From NCBI GenBank assembly GCA_026396175.1, contig JAPLXG010000013.1:1267-65266 (forward strand): 64,000 bases of DNA, written 5' to 3'. Both the position numbers and the translations under genes were made by a program. This document shows, piece by piece, positions 1 through 10,226 of the stretch (the stretch's first letter is position 1; each line of letters starts with the position of its first letter). The notes under the pieces are model-generated. The model did no database searches and was not told the origin of the DNA. It was given only the letters and a program-made list of their open reading frames with translations. The stretch is from Candidatus Moraniibacteriota bacterium (lineage in GTDB: Bacteria; Patescibacteriota; Minisyncoccia; Moranbacterales; UBA2206).

Positions 1-237
1 ATAAACCCAAAGAGCAAAATTCTTTTTGATTTTGCGATATTTTTCTTCTTTAAGTTCTCCTTTTTCATAGACCCCATAGCCGGAACCGGACAAATTCTCA
101 TCCCAAAAGAGCGGATGTCCAATAAAAAGCAACTTCCCAATTTTTTTCGAAAGCAAATACTCCCGCAAATCCTGAGCAGGACCAGTGGTGTAGATATGCG
201 TAGCAATAATAATTTTTTTATTTTCTAAATCTAACAT
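1..237 (-). CDS. Glycosyltransferase (probable GT1/GT4 family), N-terminal 79 codons only; gene continues past the left window edge
   Basis: Minus-strand ATG at 235-237 gives MLDLENKKIIIATHIYTTGPAQDLREYLLSKKIGKLLFIGHPLFWDE..., which resembles GT1 N-termini. It is open to the window start. The listed ORF 250..507 (-) is not this gene. Confidence 0.35.
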   Translation of the reverse strand, partial: MLDLENKKIIIATHIYTTGPAQDLREYLLSKKIGKLLFIGHPLFWDENLSGSGYGVYEKGELKEEKYRKIKKNFALWVY

Positions 238-269
238 CGAGTTTCTATATTAAAACCAAAAACATATAA

Positions 270-1307
270 CTACTGCTTCCAATTCTCCCGACTCATTTCC
301 GCCTGAGAAAAGATTCCCACGAATTTTCCCCAGGTGTAGACGATGAGCGTCACCCAGCAAGCCGGAATGTGAAAAAACCAAGCCGGATCTTTCTTGCGCG
401 AATAACCGATCAATGCTTGGATAAGCAAAGGAAAAATCAAAATCGTATAGAGCAAAAACTGCAAAAGTCCGAGAGAGGCTTCGCCGCCGATTTCGAATTT
501 GCTCCAATCAAAAACGCGCGACTTGTTTTTTTTGTGAAAGGTGTAATCTCTGATCCGTCTTTTTTGTTTTCTGATAAATTTGCCAAAATTGGCTTCGCAA
601 AAAGTGTGGATGATGCCGACTTTCACCTTGGCGATGTGCACAAAACCTTTTTCGGAAATTTCTTTGGCAATCACGTCAATGTCGAAAAGATATTTTCCCG
701 TGTTGATACTTTTTAGAAAATTAGTGCGAAAAATTGTCCCATTCGCTCCGACTGTCGGGATTCCTTTTTTGGTCAGTTTTATCCTGAGATATCCGCCTAA
801 ATCTTTTTCTTCGTGCGGGACTTCCGTCCATTTTTTGGTCAGATAATTCCAGCGGTCATAGTTGCCCAAAAAGAGACAAACCGGATCATTCATCCCGATG
901 AGCGCACAGTAGCGTTCGATATATCCTCCCTCACGGCGCCAGGTGTATTTGATCGGTTCAGCTAACATAATTTCCGCGTCCATAAAAGGCGCGACCATTT
1001 TTCTCAGCCACCCACTATCTGGCAAAAAATTATCCGAATCCAAGGTCAATGCCAATTCATTTTTTGCCTCACGCAGAGCCACAGCTTTCCCTGACTCAGC
1101 AGTTTTTAGCGGATTAGCAAAAACTTTTCCGCCATATTTATTAATAATTGAGATTGTTGAATCAGTTGATCCGCCATCTCCCACGATTAACTCAATTTTA
1201 TCCTTGGGATAATCTTGCAGAGCCAAGCAACTGAGACATTCTTCCAGTGTTGCCTCCGCATTGAGCGTTGCCATATAGACACTGATTGAAGGTAGATTAT
1301 TTTCCAT
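270..1307 (-). CDS. Family 2 glycosyltransferase
   Basis: 345 aa. The N-terminal motifs VYMATLNAE, IELIVGDGGSTDST and LTLDSDNFL carry the GT-A DxD signature. C-terminal transmembrane segments are present. Confidence 0.8.
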   Translation of the reverse strand: MENNLPSISVYMATLNAEATLEECLSCLALQDYPKDKIELIVGDGGSTDSTISIINKYGGKVFANPLKTAESGKAVALREAKNELALTLDSDNFLPDSGWLRKMVAPFMDAEIMLAEPIKYTWRREGGYIERYCALIGMNDPVCLFLGNYDRWNYLTKKWTEVPHEEKDLGGYLRIKLTKKGIPTVGANGTIFRTNFLKSINTGKYLFDIDVIAKEISEKGFVHIAKVKVGIIHTFCEANFGKFIRKQKRRIRDYTFHKKNKSRVFDWSKFEIGGEASLGLLQFLLYTILIFPLLIQALIGYSRKKDPAWFFHIPACWVTLIVYTWGKFVGIFSQAEMSRENWKQ

Positions 1308-1326
1308 TCTTCTTTTGTTTTTCCAA

Positions 1327-2328
1327 TTATTGTTTATACCCGTTCGGATGCCCCGTGTACCATTTTTTCAAGCTTTCCACACTCTCAGCGATACTTTTTT
1401 TCGGTCGCCATTTGAGCACTTTTTGCGCTTTTTGGGGATTAGCAAAAATATTGGCATATTCCCCTTTTCTTGCCGGCGCTTTTTTCTTTTTTAATTTTAC
1501 CCCAAAGTTTTTTTCTACCTCACTCACAATCTCTTTAACTGAATAGCCTTTGCCATTACCCAAATTAAACACATCGCTTTTTCCGTTTTTTTCCAAATAT
1601 TCGTAGGCAGCGAAATGCGCCTCCACCAAATCTTCCACGTCGATATAATCGCGGATTGGCGTACCATCAGGCGTTTTCACTTTGGCACAAGTGAAAGCAA
1701 AAGGCTCAATTCCCATCGCCCCGCGCACAGCATTTTGCATCAAAAGTTGGGATGGTTTTTTGCTATCGCCAATTATTCCAGACATTGCGGCACCACAAAT
1801 ATTGAAATAGCGCAAAATCACATGCCGGATTCCGGCTGACTCATACCAGGGCAGTATTTTTTCCACTAGCAACTTTGACGCGCCATAGGGATTAATTGGA
1901 TCTTGCGGATGCGCTTCATCAACTGGCAAATATTTTGTCTCGCCATAAGTTGCACAAGTGGAAGAAAAAATAATTTTTCCGACATTACGCCTCTTCATTG
2001 CCTCGAAAAGATTAAGGCTTCCCACGACATTATTTTCAAAATATAACCCCGGATTTTCCATTGACTCGTTCACAAGACAAAGCGCCGCAAAATGGATTAC
2101 CGCATCAATCTGATGCACGCGAAAAACTTTTTCAATGTCCGCCTTGTTTCGCAAATCGCCTTTAATAAAGTCCAGTTTGCCAATTTTTTTGAGAATGTTC
2201 AGCGGTTCCTTGAAGCCACGCGACAAATTATCAAAAACTACCACTCTATAGCCTTTTTCCAAAAACAACTTGACCGCGTGGCTACCGATATACCCCGCAC
2301 CACCTGTGATTAGAATTTTCTTTTGCAT
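1327..2328 (-). CDS. galE: UDP-glucose 4-epimerase
   Basis: 333 aa. Has the Rossmann motif ILITGGAGYIGSH, the active-site motif YGASK, and the PVDE / RDYIDV regions typical of GalE. Confidence 0.85.
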   Translation of the reverse strand: MQKKILITGGAGYIGSHAVKLFLEKGYRVVVFDNLSRGFKEPLNILKKIGKLDFIKGDLRNKADIEKVFRVHQIDAVIHFAALCLVNESMENPGLYFENNVVGSLNLFEAMKRRNVGKIIFSSTCATYGETKYLPVDEAHPQDPINPYGASKLLVEKILPWYESAGIRHVILRYFNICGAAMSGIIGDSKKPSQLLMQNAVRGAMGIEPFAFTCAKVKTPDGTPIRDYIDVEDLVEAHFAAYEYLEKNGKSDVFNLGNGKGYSVKEIVSEVEKNFGVKLKKKKAPARKGEYANIFANPQKAQKVLKWRPKKSIAESVESLKKWYTGHPNGYKQ

Positions 2329-2503
2329 ACGCTTACTGAGTTAAGACTTACGCAATCGCCTAAAAATTGTTCCGCACCCGTTTCTCACTTAAGATAAAAA
2401 ATCTCTATTAAACTAGCACCGGGCGGATTAAAATTAAAAAAGGTCACTTTTAGGAATAATTTTTAGGTGATTGCGTAAGTCCCGTGAATAAAAAGCCGAC
2501 TGA

Positions 2504-3979
2504 TTAGCAATTTTCTTTTTTCGCTTTCGAAAAATCAATCATTTTTCCCAGCCACTTCCAGCCAGTTATAAACAAAAATTTGATATCAGCAAAATTGCGA
2601 ATCGAAATTAGCTTTCTCCAAATGAATTGCGGACTAGCGAAAGATTTATATAGCCCCTGCACTAAATCTTTTGCTTCCTGCGAGCTGATTTGCGATTTCA
2701 TCACCATTTCTCTTTGATCGTAATGTGCATAATCTTCGGTTAGTAGCAGATTATTTTCCAAGCAATATTTATGCAGTGGCGTGCCGGGATAGGGAATTAT
2801 GATCGTGCCTTGCAATGTGTCGACATAACCTTTTTTGAAAAGTTTTTTCGCGAGGGTAATCGTCCGCTCAGCCATCTCTTTCGTTTCCCAGGGATAACCG
2901 ATCATCGCCGTGATGTGCGGCTCAAGACCGGCGTCTTTGCAAAGTTTCAGTCCCGGCTCAATTTCTTCCACTTTGAGATTCTTGTCAATCCGATCGAGCG
3001 TTTCTTGATTGGCCGACTCAAGCCCAAACAGCACAAAACGAAAACCGGCTTTTTTCATCAGTTTCCAAATTTTTTGGTCGCGAATCCCGGTAATGCGCAT
3101 ATTGCAACTCATCGTGATTTTTTTGTTGTACCCACGCTTAATCATCCCAGTGCAAAATTCTTCGAGCCACGGCCCGATCGGCAACGAGCCGGAATCTTCC
3201 ATAATTTCGCGCGCACCGAGTTTGATTAAATTTTCTACTTCATCAAGTGCTTTTACGGCTGACATCGTGCGGAAGTTTTTTCCGGGAAACATCGTCGTCC
3301 AAGAACAAAAAGTGCATCTCCCCCACCAACAGTCCCGCCCGCTCATCATGTACGCCCCGGGGGTATATTTGAAATTGCCATTTTTGTAGGCGTAGAGTTT
3401 CCATTTGGTCAGCTCGCGATCAATTAGTGGCAAATCATTCAAATCGTGCTTCGACAAATCCGCTGGTCCGGAATTGGCAGTTTTTCCTTCGCCATTGCGA
3501 AACCAAAACCCGCCTTCCAAAACTTCCCCACTTTTTAAATGATTAGTCAGATTCAAGAGCATAAAATCATAATCGCCGCTGGCAATCACAAAATCTGCCA
3601 GTGAATTTTGCATTGATTCCTCGGGAAAAGCGGTTGCATGATCGCCCATCAACACTATTTTTGTTTTGGGCAATTCTTCTTTGAGCTCAGCTATAATCTC
3701 CCAGTGCATTTTGACCACCGGGGTTTTTGTTTCGATGGCAATGAGATCTGGCTTTTCTTTGATGATTCTCGCTTTCCAGGATTCATAACTAAGCCCTTCG
3801 GCGATGCCTTCATCCCAAAACACGTCGTAGCCATTCTTTTTCAACAGTGTGGCCGCATAGGCGGGAATGACGGGATAGATATAGGTCGGAGTGTTGAACC
3901 ATTGAAACTGGCGATTTTGGCCAAGACAAGCAACGCCCTTGGCGGATTTTAAGGGTGGATAAGAAATAGCGATTTTCAT
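2504..3979 (-). CDS. B12-binding domain radical SAM protein (class B radical SAM, possible sugar C-methyltransferase)
   Basis: 491 aa. N-terminal cobalamin-binding-like domain. Cys cluster GRDCWWGRCTFCSW (Cx4Cx2C). The radical SAM core follows. Confidence 0.75.
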   Translation of the reverse strand: MKIAISYPPLKSAKGVACLGQNRQFQWFNTPTYIYPVIPAYAATLLKKNGYDVFWDEGIAEGLSYESWKARIIKEKPDLIAIETKTPVVKMHWEIIAELKEELPKTKIVLMGDHATAFPEESMQNSLADFVIASGDYDFMLLNLTNHLKSGEVLEGGFWFRNGEGKTANSGPADLSKHDLNDLPLIDRELTKWKLYAYKNGNFKYTPGAYMMSGRDCWWGRCTFCSWTTMFPGKNFRTMSAVKALDEVENLIKLGAREIMEDSGSLPIGPWLEEFCTGMIKRGYNKKITMSCNMRITGIRDQKIWKLMKKAGFRFVLFGLESANQETLDRIDKNLKVEEIEPGLKLCKDAGLEPHITAMIGYPWETKEMAERTITLAKKLFKKGYVDTLQGTIIIPYPGTPLHKYCLENNLLLTEDYAHYDQREMVMKSQISSQEAKDLVQGLYKSFASPQFIWRKLISIRNFADIKFLFITGWKWLGKMIDFSKAKKENC

Positions 3980-3983
3980 AGAA

Positions 3984-5000
3984 TTATCTGCCTAAGCGGC
4001 TATTTAATTTTTTAGTAAAAAAGAATCCTTGGATAAACCTGATCCCATACCAAATGTGAAAAGAAATGAGATATGGAATCGTGGCGACGCTGACCAAAAA
4101 ACTTTTTGTTTTTTGCATCAAAGAAAAAGTTGAATAGAGCACGGCGGTGGCATATAGCCCCAATCCTCCCAGATATAGTTCGTGAATAATCGGCGGAAAA
4201 AAGAAAATGAACAAACCCAAAAACAAATACAGCACAAAAAGAGACGGCACAAAATAGAAAGTGCTAAATTTTCTGGAAGTGGCGGGGAAAACTTTGGCAA
4301 AAAATCCGCGATGAATGCCGTAATTGCCAACTTGTTTCAAGTGCCTCCAGAACCCGGATCTTCGGTGATGATAAACAACCATATCGGGAATGTAGAGAAT
4401 CTTTTTTTTCAACTTATCGATAATATCCAAGCAAAGTTTTGTATCTTCTCCCGGCCAATAGGAAGAATCAAACCCACCCGACTTTTCAAATGCTTCTTTT
4501 TTGACGATAAAATTGACCGTGGGCCAATCTTCGATTTCTTGCACTTTTTTCCCCGACCAATAGCGAATCACCGCTTTCCCTGATAGTGGCGACATAAACA
4601 TCGCTCCGGAAACTTTCTGCCAAAAAGAATCATCCGGAGGGGTTATTTGTGGACCGCCGATGGCAGCCACTTTATCATTTTCCAAATACTTCTCAGCAAT
4701 ATTCAGCCAGTTTTCGTCAGGATAGGCATCGTCATCAGTAAACGCTAAATATTTCCCTTTGGCATATTTCAGCGCTTCATCTCTTTTTATCGCCGGGCTA
4801 ACGTGCCCCAGCGGAATAATTCGCACGCCAAACTCTTTTTCAAATTCCGGATTAGCTTCATTGGCAAATATCAAAATTTCAAAATTTTTCTTGGGAAAAG
4901 CGTTGAATTTTTGGCAAGTTTCTCGCAAGTAGTCATTCACTTCCATAATGGGAATGACGATAGAAAACAGAATTTCGTTATCATTGTTTGAATCACTCAT
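3984..5000 (-). CDS. Family 2 glycosyltransferase with C-terminal membrane anchor
   Basis: 338 aa. LFSIVIPIMEVNDYLRE and AFTDDDAYPDENWL are GT-A motifs. The C-terminus is hydrophobic. Confidence 0.75.
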   Translation of the reverse strand: MSDSNNDNEILFSIVIPIMEVNDYLRETCQKFNAFPKKNFEILIFANEANPEFEKEFGVRIIPLGHVSPAIKRDEALKYAKGKYLAFTDDDAYPDENWLNIAEKYLENDKVAAIGGPQITPPDDSFWQKVSGAMFMSPLSGKAVIRYWSGKKVQEIEDWPTVNFIVKKEAFEKSGGFDSSYWPGEDTKLCLDIIDKLKKKILYIPDMVVYHHRRSGFWRHLKQVGNYGIHRGFFAKVFPATSRKFSTFYFVPSLFVLYLFLGLFIFFFPPIIHELYLGGLGLYATAVLYSTFSLMQKTKSFLVSVATIPYLISFHIWYGIRFIQGFFFTKKLNSRLGR

Positions 5001-5090
5001 TTGTTTGGTGTGTTTTTGACTGCTTGGATTATCCCTACCTTAGACTCCCTAATTTTACCATTTTTCCAAAAACCAGACAATTGCTTAAAG

Positions 5091-6116
5091 CTATAATTCG
5101 ATACTTTTGAAATAGGCAATCGTTTTTTGGAGGCCCGCTTCCAGCTGAATAGTCGGCTCCCAGTCTAATTCTTTTTTGGCGAGAGTGATGTCCGGCTTTC
5201 TTTGTTTTGGATCATCTTGCGGCAAATCTTTGAAAATAATTTTACTGGTACTTTCCGGAATCATGGCAATCACCTTTTCCGCCAATTCCTTGATGGTAAA
5301 TTCAATCGGATTGCCGATATTGACCGGTCCGACAAAACCGTTTTCGTTATTCATCATTTTTATCATTCCTGAAATCAAATCATCAACATATTGGAAACTG
5401 CGCGTTTGTGATCCATCGCCATAAATCGTAATGTCCTCATTTTTGAGCGCTTGGACGATAAAATTGGAAACAACCCGTCCATCATGTGGATGCATATTTG
5501 GTCCATAAGTATTGAAAATCCGAATAACCCGGATGTCTACTCTATTTTGACGATAATAATCGAAAAACAAAGTTTCCGCGCAACGCTTGCCTTCGTCATA
5601 ACAAGAGCGGATGCCAATCGGATTTACTCGTCCCCAATAACTTTCCACTTGCGGATGCACTTCCGGATCACCATAGACTTCTGAGGTAGAGGCTTGCAAA
5701 ATGCGCGCTTTCGTTCTCTTGGCAAGTCCCAACATATTGATTGCGCCATGCACGGAAGTTTTAGTCGTCTGCACCGGATCGAATTGATAGTGAATTGGTG
5801 AGGCCGGACAAGCTAAATTATATATCTGATCAACTTCGACATAGAGCGGAAAAGTCACATCGTGACGCATAAGTTCGAACTTTTTATTCTCCAGAAGCTC
5901 TAGAATATTATTTTTATTCCCAGTGAAAAAATTATCCACGCAGATTACTTCATTTCCTTCTGCTAGAAGTTTCCGACAAAGATGCGAACCGATAAACCCC
6001 GCGCCACCTGTCACTAGAATTTTTTTAGAGGTACCGGTAAGTTTCTTGATTTTATTTTTGGTCAGGTGGTGAGGGGCAAGCCCCGCACCACTAGCAACTA
6101 GAATTTTTTTTGGCAT
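5091..6116 (-). CDS. uxs: UDP-glucuronate decarboxylase (UDP-xylose synthase)
   Basis: 341 aa. [23 protein letters not shown] and YDEGKR match UXS/ArnA-type SDR decarboxylases. The first 30 residues ([17 protein letters not shown]...) imitate the Rossmann start that follows. Confidence 0.8.
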   Translation of the reverse strand: MPKKILVASGAGLAPHHLTKNKIKKLTGTSKKILVTGGAGFIGSHLCRKLLAEGNEVICVDNFFTGNKNNILELLENKKFELMRHDVTFPLYVEVDQIYNLACPASPIHYQFDPVQTTKTSVHGAINMLGLAKRTKARILQASTSEVYGDPEVHPQVESYWGRVNPIGIRSCYDEGKRCAETLFFDYYRQNRVDIRVIRIFNTYGPNMHPHDGRVVSNFIVQALKNEDITIYGDGSQTRSFQYVDDLISGMIKMMNNENGFVGPVNIGNPIEFTIKELAEKVIAMIPESTSKIIFKDLPQDDPKQRKPDITLAKKELDWEPTIQLEAGLQKTIAYFKSIEL

Positions 6117-6140
6117 AAATTTTATAAATGATTAAAATGT

Positions 6141-6638
6141 TTATTCAAATTTTACTCTTGCTCTTTTTTTGAGATATTTTTCATAGTTTTCCGGACTATT
6201 GATGTAGTAAATATCAAAATTATGTTTTATCCGATAAATTATCGAGTAGGATTTTATGGGTGTATCATCCACAACCACATCAGTGATTAAATGAAAAAAA
6301 GCTCCCAGAGCTAAAGCCAATAAAATTGTCTCTATGTATTTATTTTTAAACAAAAACACCAACAGCACTAGAATAATAACATATTCCCAACCATGGAACA
6401 AAACATAGATTTTACCTGATTTCAAGAATTGATAACCGTCTCGAAAATAATGCCAATTCCAGTGCCAACCAAAAACTAAATAATAATCGATAAAATGATC
6501 CAAATCGATGAGAAACCCACCAATGAGGCCAAGGATTACCGCCAGGCGCGGTTTTTTCCAAATTCGCCAAACAATCAGCCCGGCGAATAGACTCAAAAAA
6601 AGATGAATGGAAAGATGTAATGGCAAAGATAGGTTCAT
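6141..6638 (-). CDS. Membrane protein, YdjM/DUF457-like putative metal-dependent membrane hydrolase
   Basis: Start trimmed to MNLSLPL to avoid overlap with the plus-strand gene. Multi-TM protein with LDHFIDYY and HLITD His/Asp motifs. Confidence 0.4.
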   Translation of the reverse strand: MNLSLPLHLSIHLFLSLFAGLIVWRIWKKPRLAVILGLIGGFLIDLDHFIDYYLVFGWHWNWHYFRDGYQFLKSGKIYVLFHGWEYVIILVLLVFLFKNKYIETILLALALGAFFHLITDVVVDDTPIKSYSIIYRIKHNFDIYYINSPENYEKYLKKRARVKFE

Positions 6639-6695
6639 ATGAGAAACTAAAAAAAATTTACTTCTTAAGCATAATATATTAAGATTAAAAGCACA

Positions 6696-8435
6696 ATGGC
6701 ACTTACCTCCGACCAAAAACATTATATCAAGAAAAATTGGGAAGCGCGTCCGCTGGAGGAAATCGCATCTAGTTTGAGTTTGCCAGAAAAAGTTATCCGA
6801 AAATATCTCAAAAAACATTTGCCGGAAAAAAAGTACCAAAAGCTAGTTGGCCAAGCTGTTCCAAAAGAAACCCCACCATCACTGGAAAATGCTGGCTTTG
6901 ATTTGCAGCAATTTTTATCGGAAAATATCAATTATTTTGTCCTGTTTTTTATTCTGATTTTTATTGTCTATCTCAACTCTTTTGACAATGCCTTTGTTTC
7001 TGATGATATTTGGGGAGAGGACCAAAAAGCGCTTATGCGAAATTTTTTCAACTTACTCCAGCCCTTCTACTGGGGTTCGTTTTTGCATTTTATCCTGTTT
7101 AACACGGGACTAACAAGCCCATTCTATTTCCGTGCGATAAACATTATTTTTCATTTCGGATCAACTTGCCTTATCTTTATTATTTTAAACATCCTGACCA
7201 AGAAAAAACCACTCGCCCTTTTCGCCGCTTTACTTTTCGCTGTTCACCCAATTCTGATCGAAGCCGTCGGCTGGATTTCTGGCCGACCCTACAGCCAATC
7301 TGCCTTCTTCTTCCTAGCTTCTTTCTTATCCTACCTTCTTTCTTTTAGACCGGAAAGAAACGGCCGACGGCTGATGATCATTTCTGGCGTATGCTTTTTT
7401 CTTTCCGTCATCTCTTCAGAAAAAGCCGTAGCTCTTTTTGCTATTTTTCCTCTCTACGAACTGGCTTTCGGTGATTTGAAAAGAAATTGGAAAAAGTTTT
7501 TGCCTTTTTTCGTCATCGCAGTCATCTTAGCGATAGCATACTTGAGCAGAATCGGACAAAGGATATCCGACTTGAATACGACTTATTATGGCGACGGTGG
7601 TGGTTTTTATAACCCGCTTGTCCAAATTCCCATTGCAATCAGCTCTTATCTTGGTTTGATTTTCTGGCCCGCCGGACTCACACTCTACCACACAGAAATG
7701 AGCTTTGGCACCGGAATTTATGTGCTATGCCTTCTAATTTTTCTACTTTTTGCTGGTTTAATTTATTACGGCTGGAAGAAAAATAGATTCATTTTTTTCT
7801 GGCTCACTTTCTTTTTCATCTCCCTCACTCCTACCCTCACCCCGCTTAAGGTTTCTTGGATCGTCGCCGAACGCTACGCATACATCGGGATATTGGGCGT
7901 TATCGCCGCCTTCGCCTATTTTTTCAACTGGCTGCAAGAAAAATTTCCCGCCAAAAAAACTTGGCCCTATGTTATTTTTACGCTGATTATTTTAACTTTA
8001 TCCGTCCGCACAATTGTGCGTAATGTCGATTGGGATAATGAGGACAATCTTTGGATTGCGACAGAAAAAACTTCTCCTTCTGGCCACGTCATTCACAACA
8101 ATATGGGCGATGTTTATGCCCGCCGGAAAGATTACGACCAGGCGATTTTGGAATTCAAAAAAGCCATCGAAATTAATCCACGCTACGCCGATGCCTATCA
8201 CAATATGGCTAACACTTATGAAGCGTTGGGAAAAACTAATGAAGCCATCGCCAATTACCAAAAAGCGCTGGAACTCAATCCAAAGCTTTGGCAATCCGAT
8301 CAAAATTTAGCCACAATTTATTTCAAACAAGGCAACTTTCCGCGTGCAGACGAAGCAATCAAAAAAGCCCTCGAAATTAATCCGACGGATTCTAGTTTGC
8401 AAGATAATTTGAAAATGATTGAAAGCAAATTGTAA
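6696..8435 (+). CDS. GT-C type glycosyltransferase (PMT/TMTC/DUF1736-like) with C-terminal TPR repeats
   Basis: 579 aa. Polytopic N-terminal two thirds. C-terminal TPR units (e.g. AYHNMANTYEALGKTNEAIANYQKALELNP). One of only two plus-strand genes in the window. Confidence 0.65.
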   Translation: MALTSDQKHYIKKNWEARPLEEIASSLSLPEKVIRKYLKKHLPEKKYQKLVGQAVPKETPPSLENAGFDLQQFLSENINYFVLFFILIFIVYLNSFDNAFVSDDIWGEDQKALMRNFFNLLQPFYWGSFLHFILFNTGLTSPFYFRAINIIFHFGSTCLIFIILNILTKKKPLALFAALLFAVHPILIEAVGWISGRPYSQSAFFFLASFLSYLLSFRPERNGRRLMIISGVCFFLSVISSEKAVALFAIFPLYELAFGDLKRNWKKFLPFFVIAVILAIAYLSRIGQRISDLNTTYYGDGGGFYNPLVQIPIAISSYLGLIFWPAGLTLYHTEMSFGTGIYVLCLLIFLLFAGLIYYGWKKNRFIFFWLTFFFISLTPTLTPLKVSWIVAERYAYIGILGVIAAFAYFFNWLQEKFPAKKTWPYVIFTLIILTLSVRTIVRNVDWDNEDNLWIATEKTSPSGHVIHNNMGDVYARRKDYDQAILEFKKAIEINPRYADAYHNMANTYEALGKTNEAIANYQKALELNPKLWQSDQNLATIYFKQGNFPRADEAIKKALEINPTDSSLQDNLKMIESKL

Positions 8436-8540
8436 GTCTAAGCTAAGTAACTGCTATCAGAGATTGTTGCTTGCTTGCCCGCCGGATCCGCCAGCTGGCG
8501 GAGTAGGCAGGTTTCTTGTTTCTTGTTTCTTGCCTCCGGC

Positions 8541-9233
8541 CTACCACCCTTTCTCTTCCAACGCCTTCTCTGCCGCATTTCGTTGCGCTTCTTGTTTGGA
8601 GAGTCCTTCTCCTTTTGCTACCATATCTTCGCCGACATAGGCGCCAACGACAAATTTCTTGTCATGATCCGGCCCCGTTTCATCCAAAACGCGATAAGAC
8701 GGTGTGAGACCGGCTCTTTCTTGCGCTTCTTCTTGGAAACGACTCTTAGCATCAAGATATAATTTTTTCTCAATAATATTGGGCAGCTTAGTCACGACGT
8801 GTTTCAAAATAAACTTTTTGCAGGCATCGTAGCCTTTGGTTTTTTGGTCAAGATAAATTGCTCCGGTAATCGCTTCGAAGGCATTGGCCAGGAGATATTG
8901 TCGCGCTCGTCCCCGATCTTTCGCTTCGCCGCGACTCATCATCAAATATTCTTCCACGCCGATTTCCGTGGAAATTGTGGCGAGCATCTCTCCGTTCACC
9001 AGCGCCGCGCGCCAGTTGGTCATTTCGCCTTCCGGATTATTGGGATAATTATTATAGAGATATTCTGTCACGACCAGCTCAAGAACTGCATCACCCAAAA
9101 ATTCCAAGCGTTCATTGTGCTCCAGCTTATATTCTCGATGCTCGTTTAAATAGGACCGGTGAGTGACGGCTTGTTGCAAAAGATCCAAATTATTAAATTT
9201 TACCCCCACCTTTTTCGCTAATTGCTCAATCAC
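8541..9233 (-). CDS. rnc: Ribonuclease III
   Basis: 230 aa. RNase III signature ERLEFLGDAVLELVVTEY. C-terminal dsRBD ending KGEGLSKQEAQRNAAEKAL. Confidence 0.9.
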   Translation of the reverse strand: MIEQLAKKVGVKFNNLDLLQQAVTHRSYLNEHREYKLEHNERLEFLGDAVLELVVTEYLYNNYPNNPEGEMTNWRAALVNGEMLATISTEIGVEEYLMMSRGEAKDRGRARQYLLANAFEAITGAIYLDQKTKGYDACKKFILKHVVTKLPNIIEKKLYLDAKSRFQEEAQERAGLTPSYRVLDETGPDHDKKFVVGAYVGEDMVAKGEGLSKQEAQRNAAEKALEEKGW

Positions 9234-9239
9234 TGAAAT

Positions 9240-9368
9240 AGAATTTTCAATTTCTAATTTCTAATTTCTAAACAATGCTTAATTTCTCAATGACTAAATT
9301 TCTAAATTAAAAAATTGAATCATTGAAAATTGTTTTAAAATTGAAAATTGAAAATTGAAAATTGAAAA
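9240..9368. repeat. Palindromic (AATTTCT)n ... (AGAAATT)n hairpin element, copy 1 (intergenic rnc-nusB)
   Basis: aatttctaatttctaatttctaa...ttgaaaattgaaaattgaaaattgaaaa forms a long imperfect hairpin. It is near-identical to 49441..49562, which lies inside the 16S gene. Confidence 0.8.
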
Positions 9369-9374
9369 AAATAA

Positions 9375-9878
9375 TTAACCTGCTTTTTCTTCCTGAGACT
9401 TTTCGGTCTTTTTATTCTTATTAGACTTCTTTTTCTTCGTCGTATCATCCTTCATCGGCTCGCCCAGCTCACGGTAAATCGTACCGAGCACTCCATTGAC
9501 AAATCGTCCCGAAGCTTCCCCGCCAAAAGATTTAGCCAGTTCGATTGCTTCGTTGATTGCTACTTTCGGTGGCACTTCTTCATAGTTGCCAAAAAGTAGC
9601 TCACATATTCCCAAACGCAAGATATTACGATCGACCAAGGTCACTTGATCGAGCGGCCACTCCGGCGCGCATTTTTCAATCAAAGGATCAATCTTGTCTT
9701 GATTGTCCAAGGTCGTTTTCACGAGCAGTTCCACGAAAGAATAATCATCCATCCCCGGAGCAAATTCCTTGATATTTTTTTGCATAATCTCAGCCATCAT
9801 CTCCTTTTTTCCACCCTTAAAATCCCACTCGTAGAGAGATTGCATCGCTATTGACCGTGATAGGTGCCTGTTCGCCAT
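9375..9878 (-). CDS. nusB: Transcription antitermination factor NusB
   Basis: Start trimmed to [20 protein letters not shown]. The ALVNGV-like motif FVNGVLGTI is present. The protein ends in a Lys-rich tail. Confidence 0.85.
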   Translation of the reverse strand: MANRHLSRSIAMQSLYEWDFKGGKKEMMAEIMQKNIKEFAPGMDDYSFVELLVKTTLDNQDKIDPLIEKCAPEWPLDQVTLVDRNILRLGICELLFGNYEEVPPKVAINEAIELAKSFGGEASGRFVNGVLGTIYRELGEPMKDDTTKKKKSNKNKKTEKSQEEKAG

Positions 9879-9961
9879 TAACTTATTTGTTGAAATAAAA
9901 TTAATTCGGATGTGCGCATTCGCCTGCCTGCCGGTAGGCAGGTAGCGCGCTTTTCGCATAC

Positions 9962-10168
9962 TTATTTCTTCTTCGCCTTACGAGCCAATTTCTTGGTCGT
10001 ATCAATCACTTCTTTGCCCTTATATTGGCCACAATTACTGCAAACAATATGGGCTTCGATCTTAGTTTTACAATTCGAACATTCCACTAAAGTTTTCGGT
10101 TTTAGCTTGTAGAACACTCGGGCTCTGTCTCTTCGGGCCTTAGTATGGCGTTTTCTTGCTACTGGCAT
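9962..10168 (-). CDS. rpmF: 50S ribosomal protein L32
   Basis: 68 aa. [17 protein letters not shown] plus the CSNC...[12 protein letters not shown] zinc ribbon typical of L32. Confidence 0.8.
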   Translation of the reverse strand: MPVARKRHTKARRDRARVFYKLKPKTLVECSNCKTKIEAHIVCSNCGQYKGKEVIDTTKKLARKAKKK

Positions 10169-10226
10169 AGTTTAAAATATAATAGTTAATCTATTGCGTA
10201 ATATATCATCAATATTGCTATTTGGC

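Noticed and set aside
250-507. 85-aa minus-strand ORF overlapping the GT2 gene 3' end
   Set aside because: Overlaps the well-supported GT2 gene in another frame. It is low-complexity and Arg/Phe-rich. The real upstream gene starts at 237 in a different frame.
9921-9940. Treating the upstream part of the long nusB ORF ([19 protein letters not shown]...) as coding
   Set aside because: That segment is read straight through a CCTGCCTGCCGGTAGGCAGG repeat hairpin and lacks NusB similarity. The conserved NusB start MANRHLSRS at 9878 is used instead.
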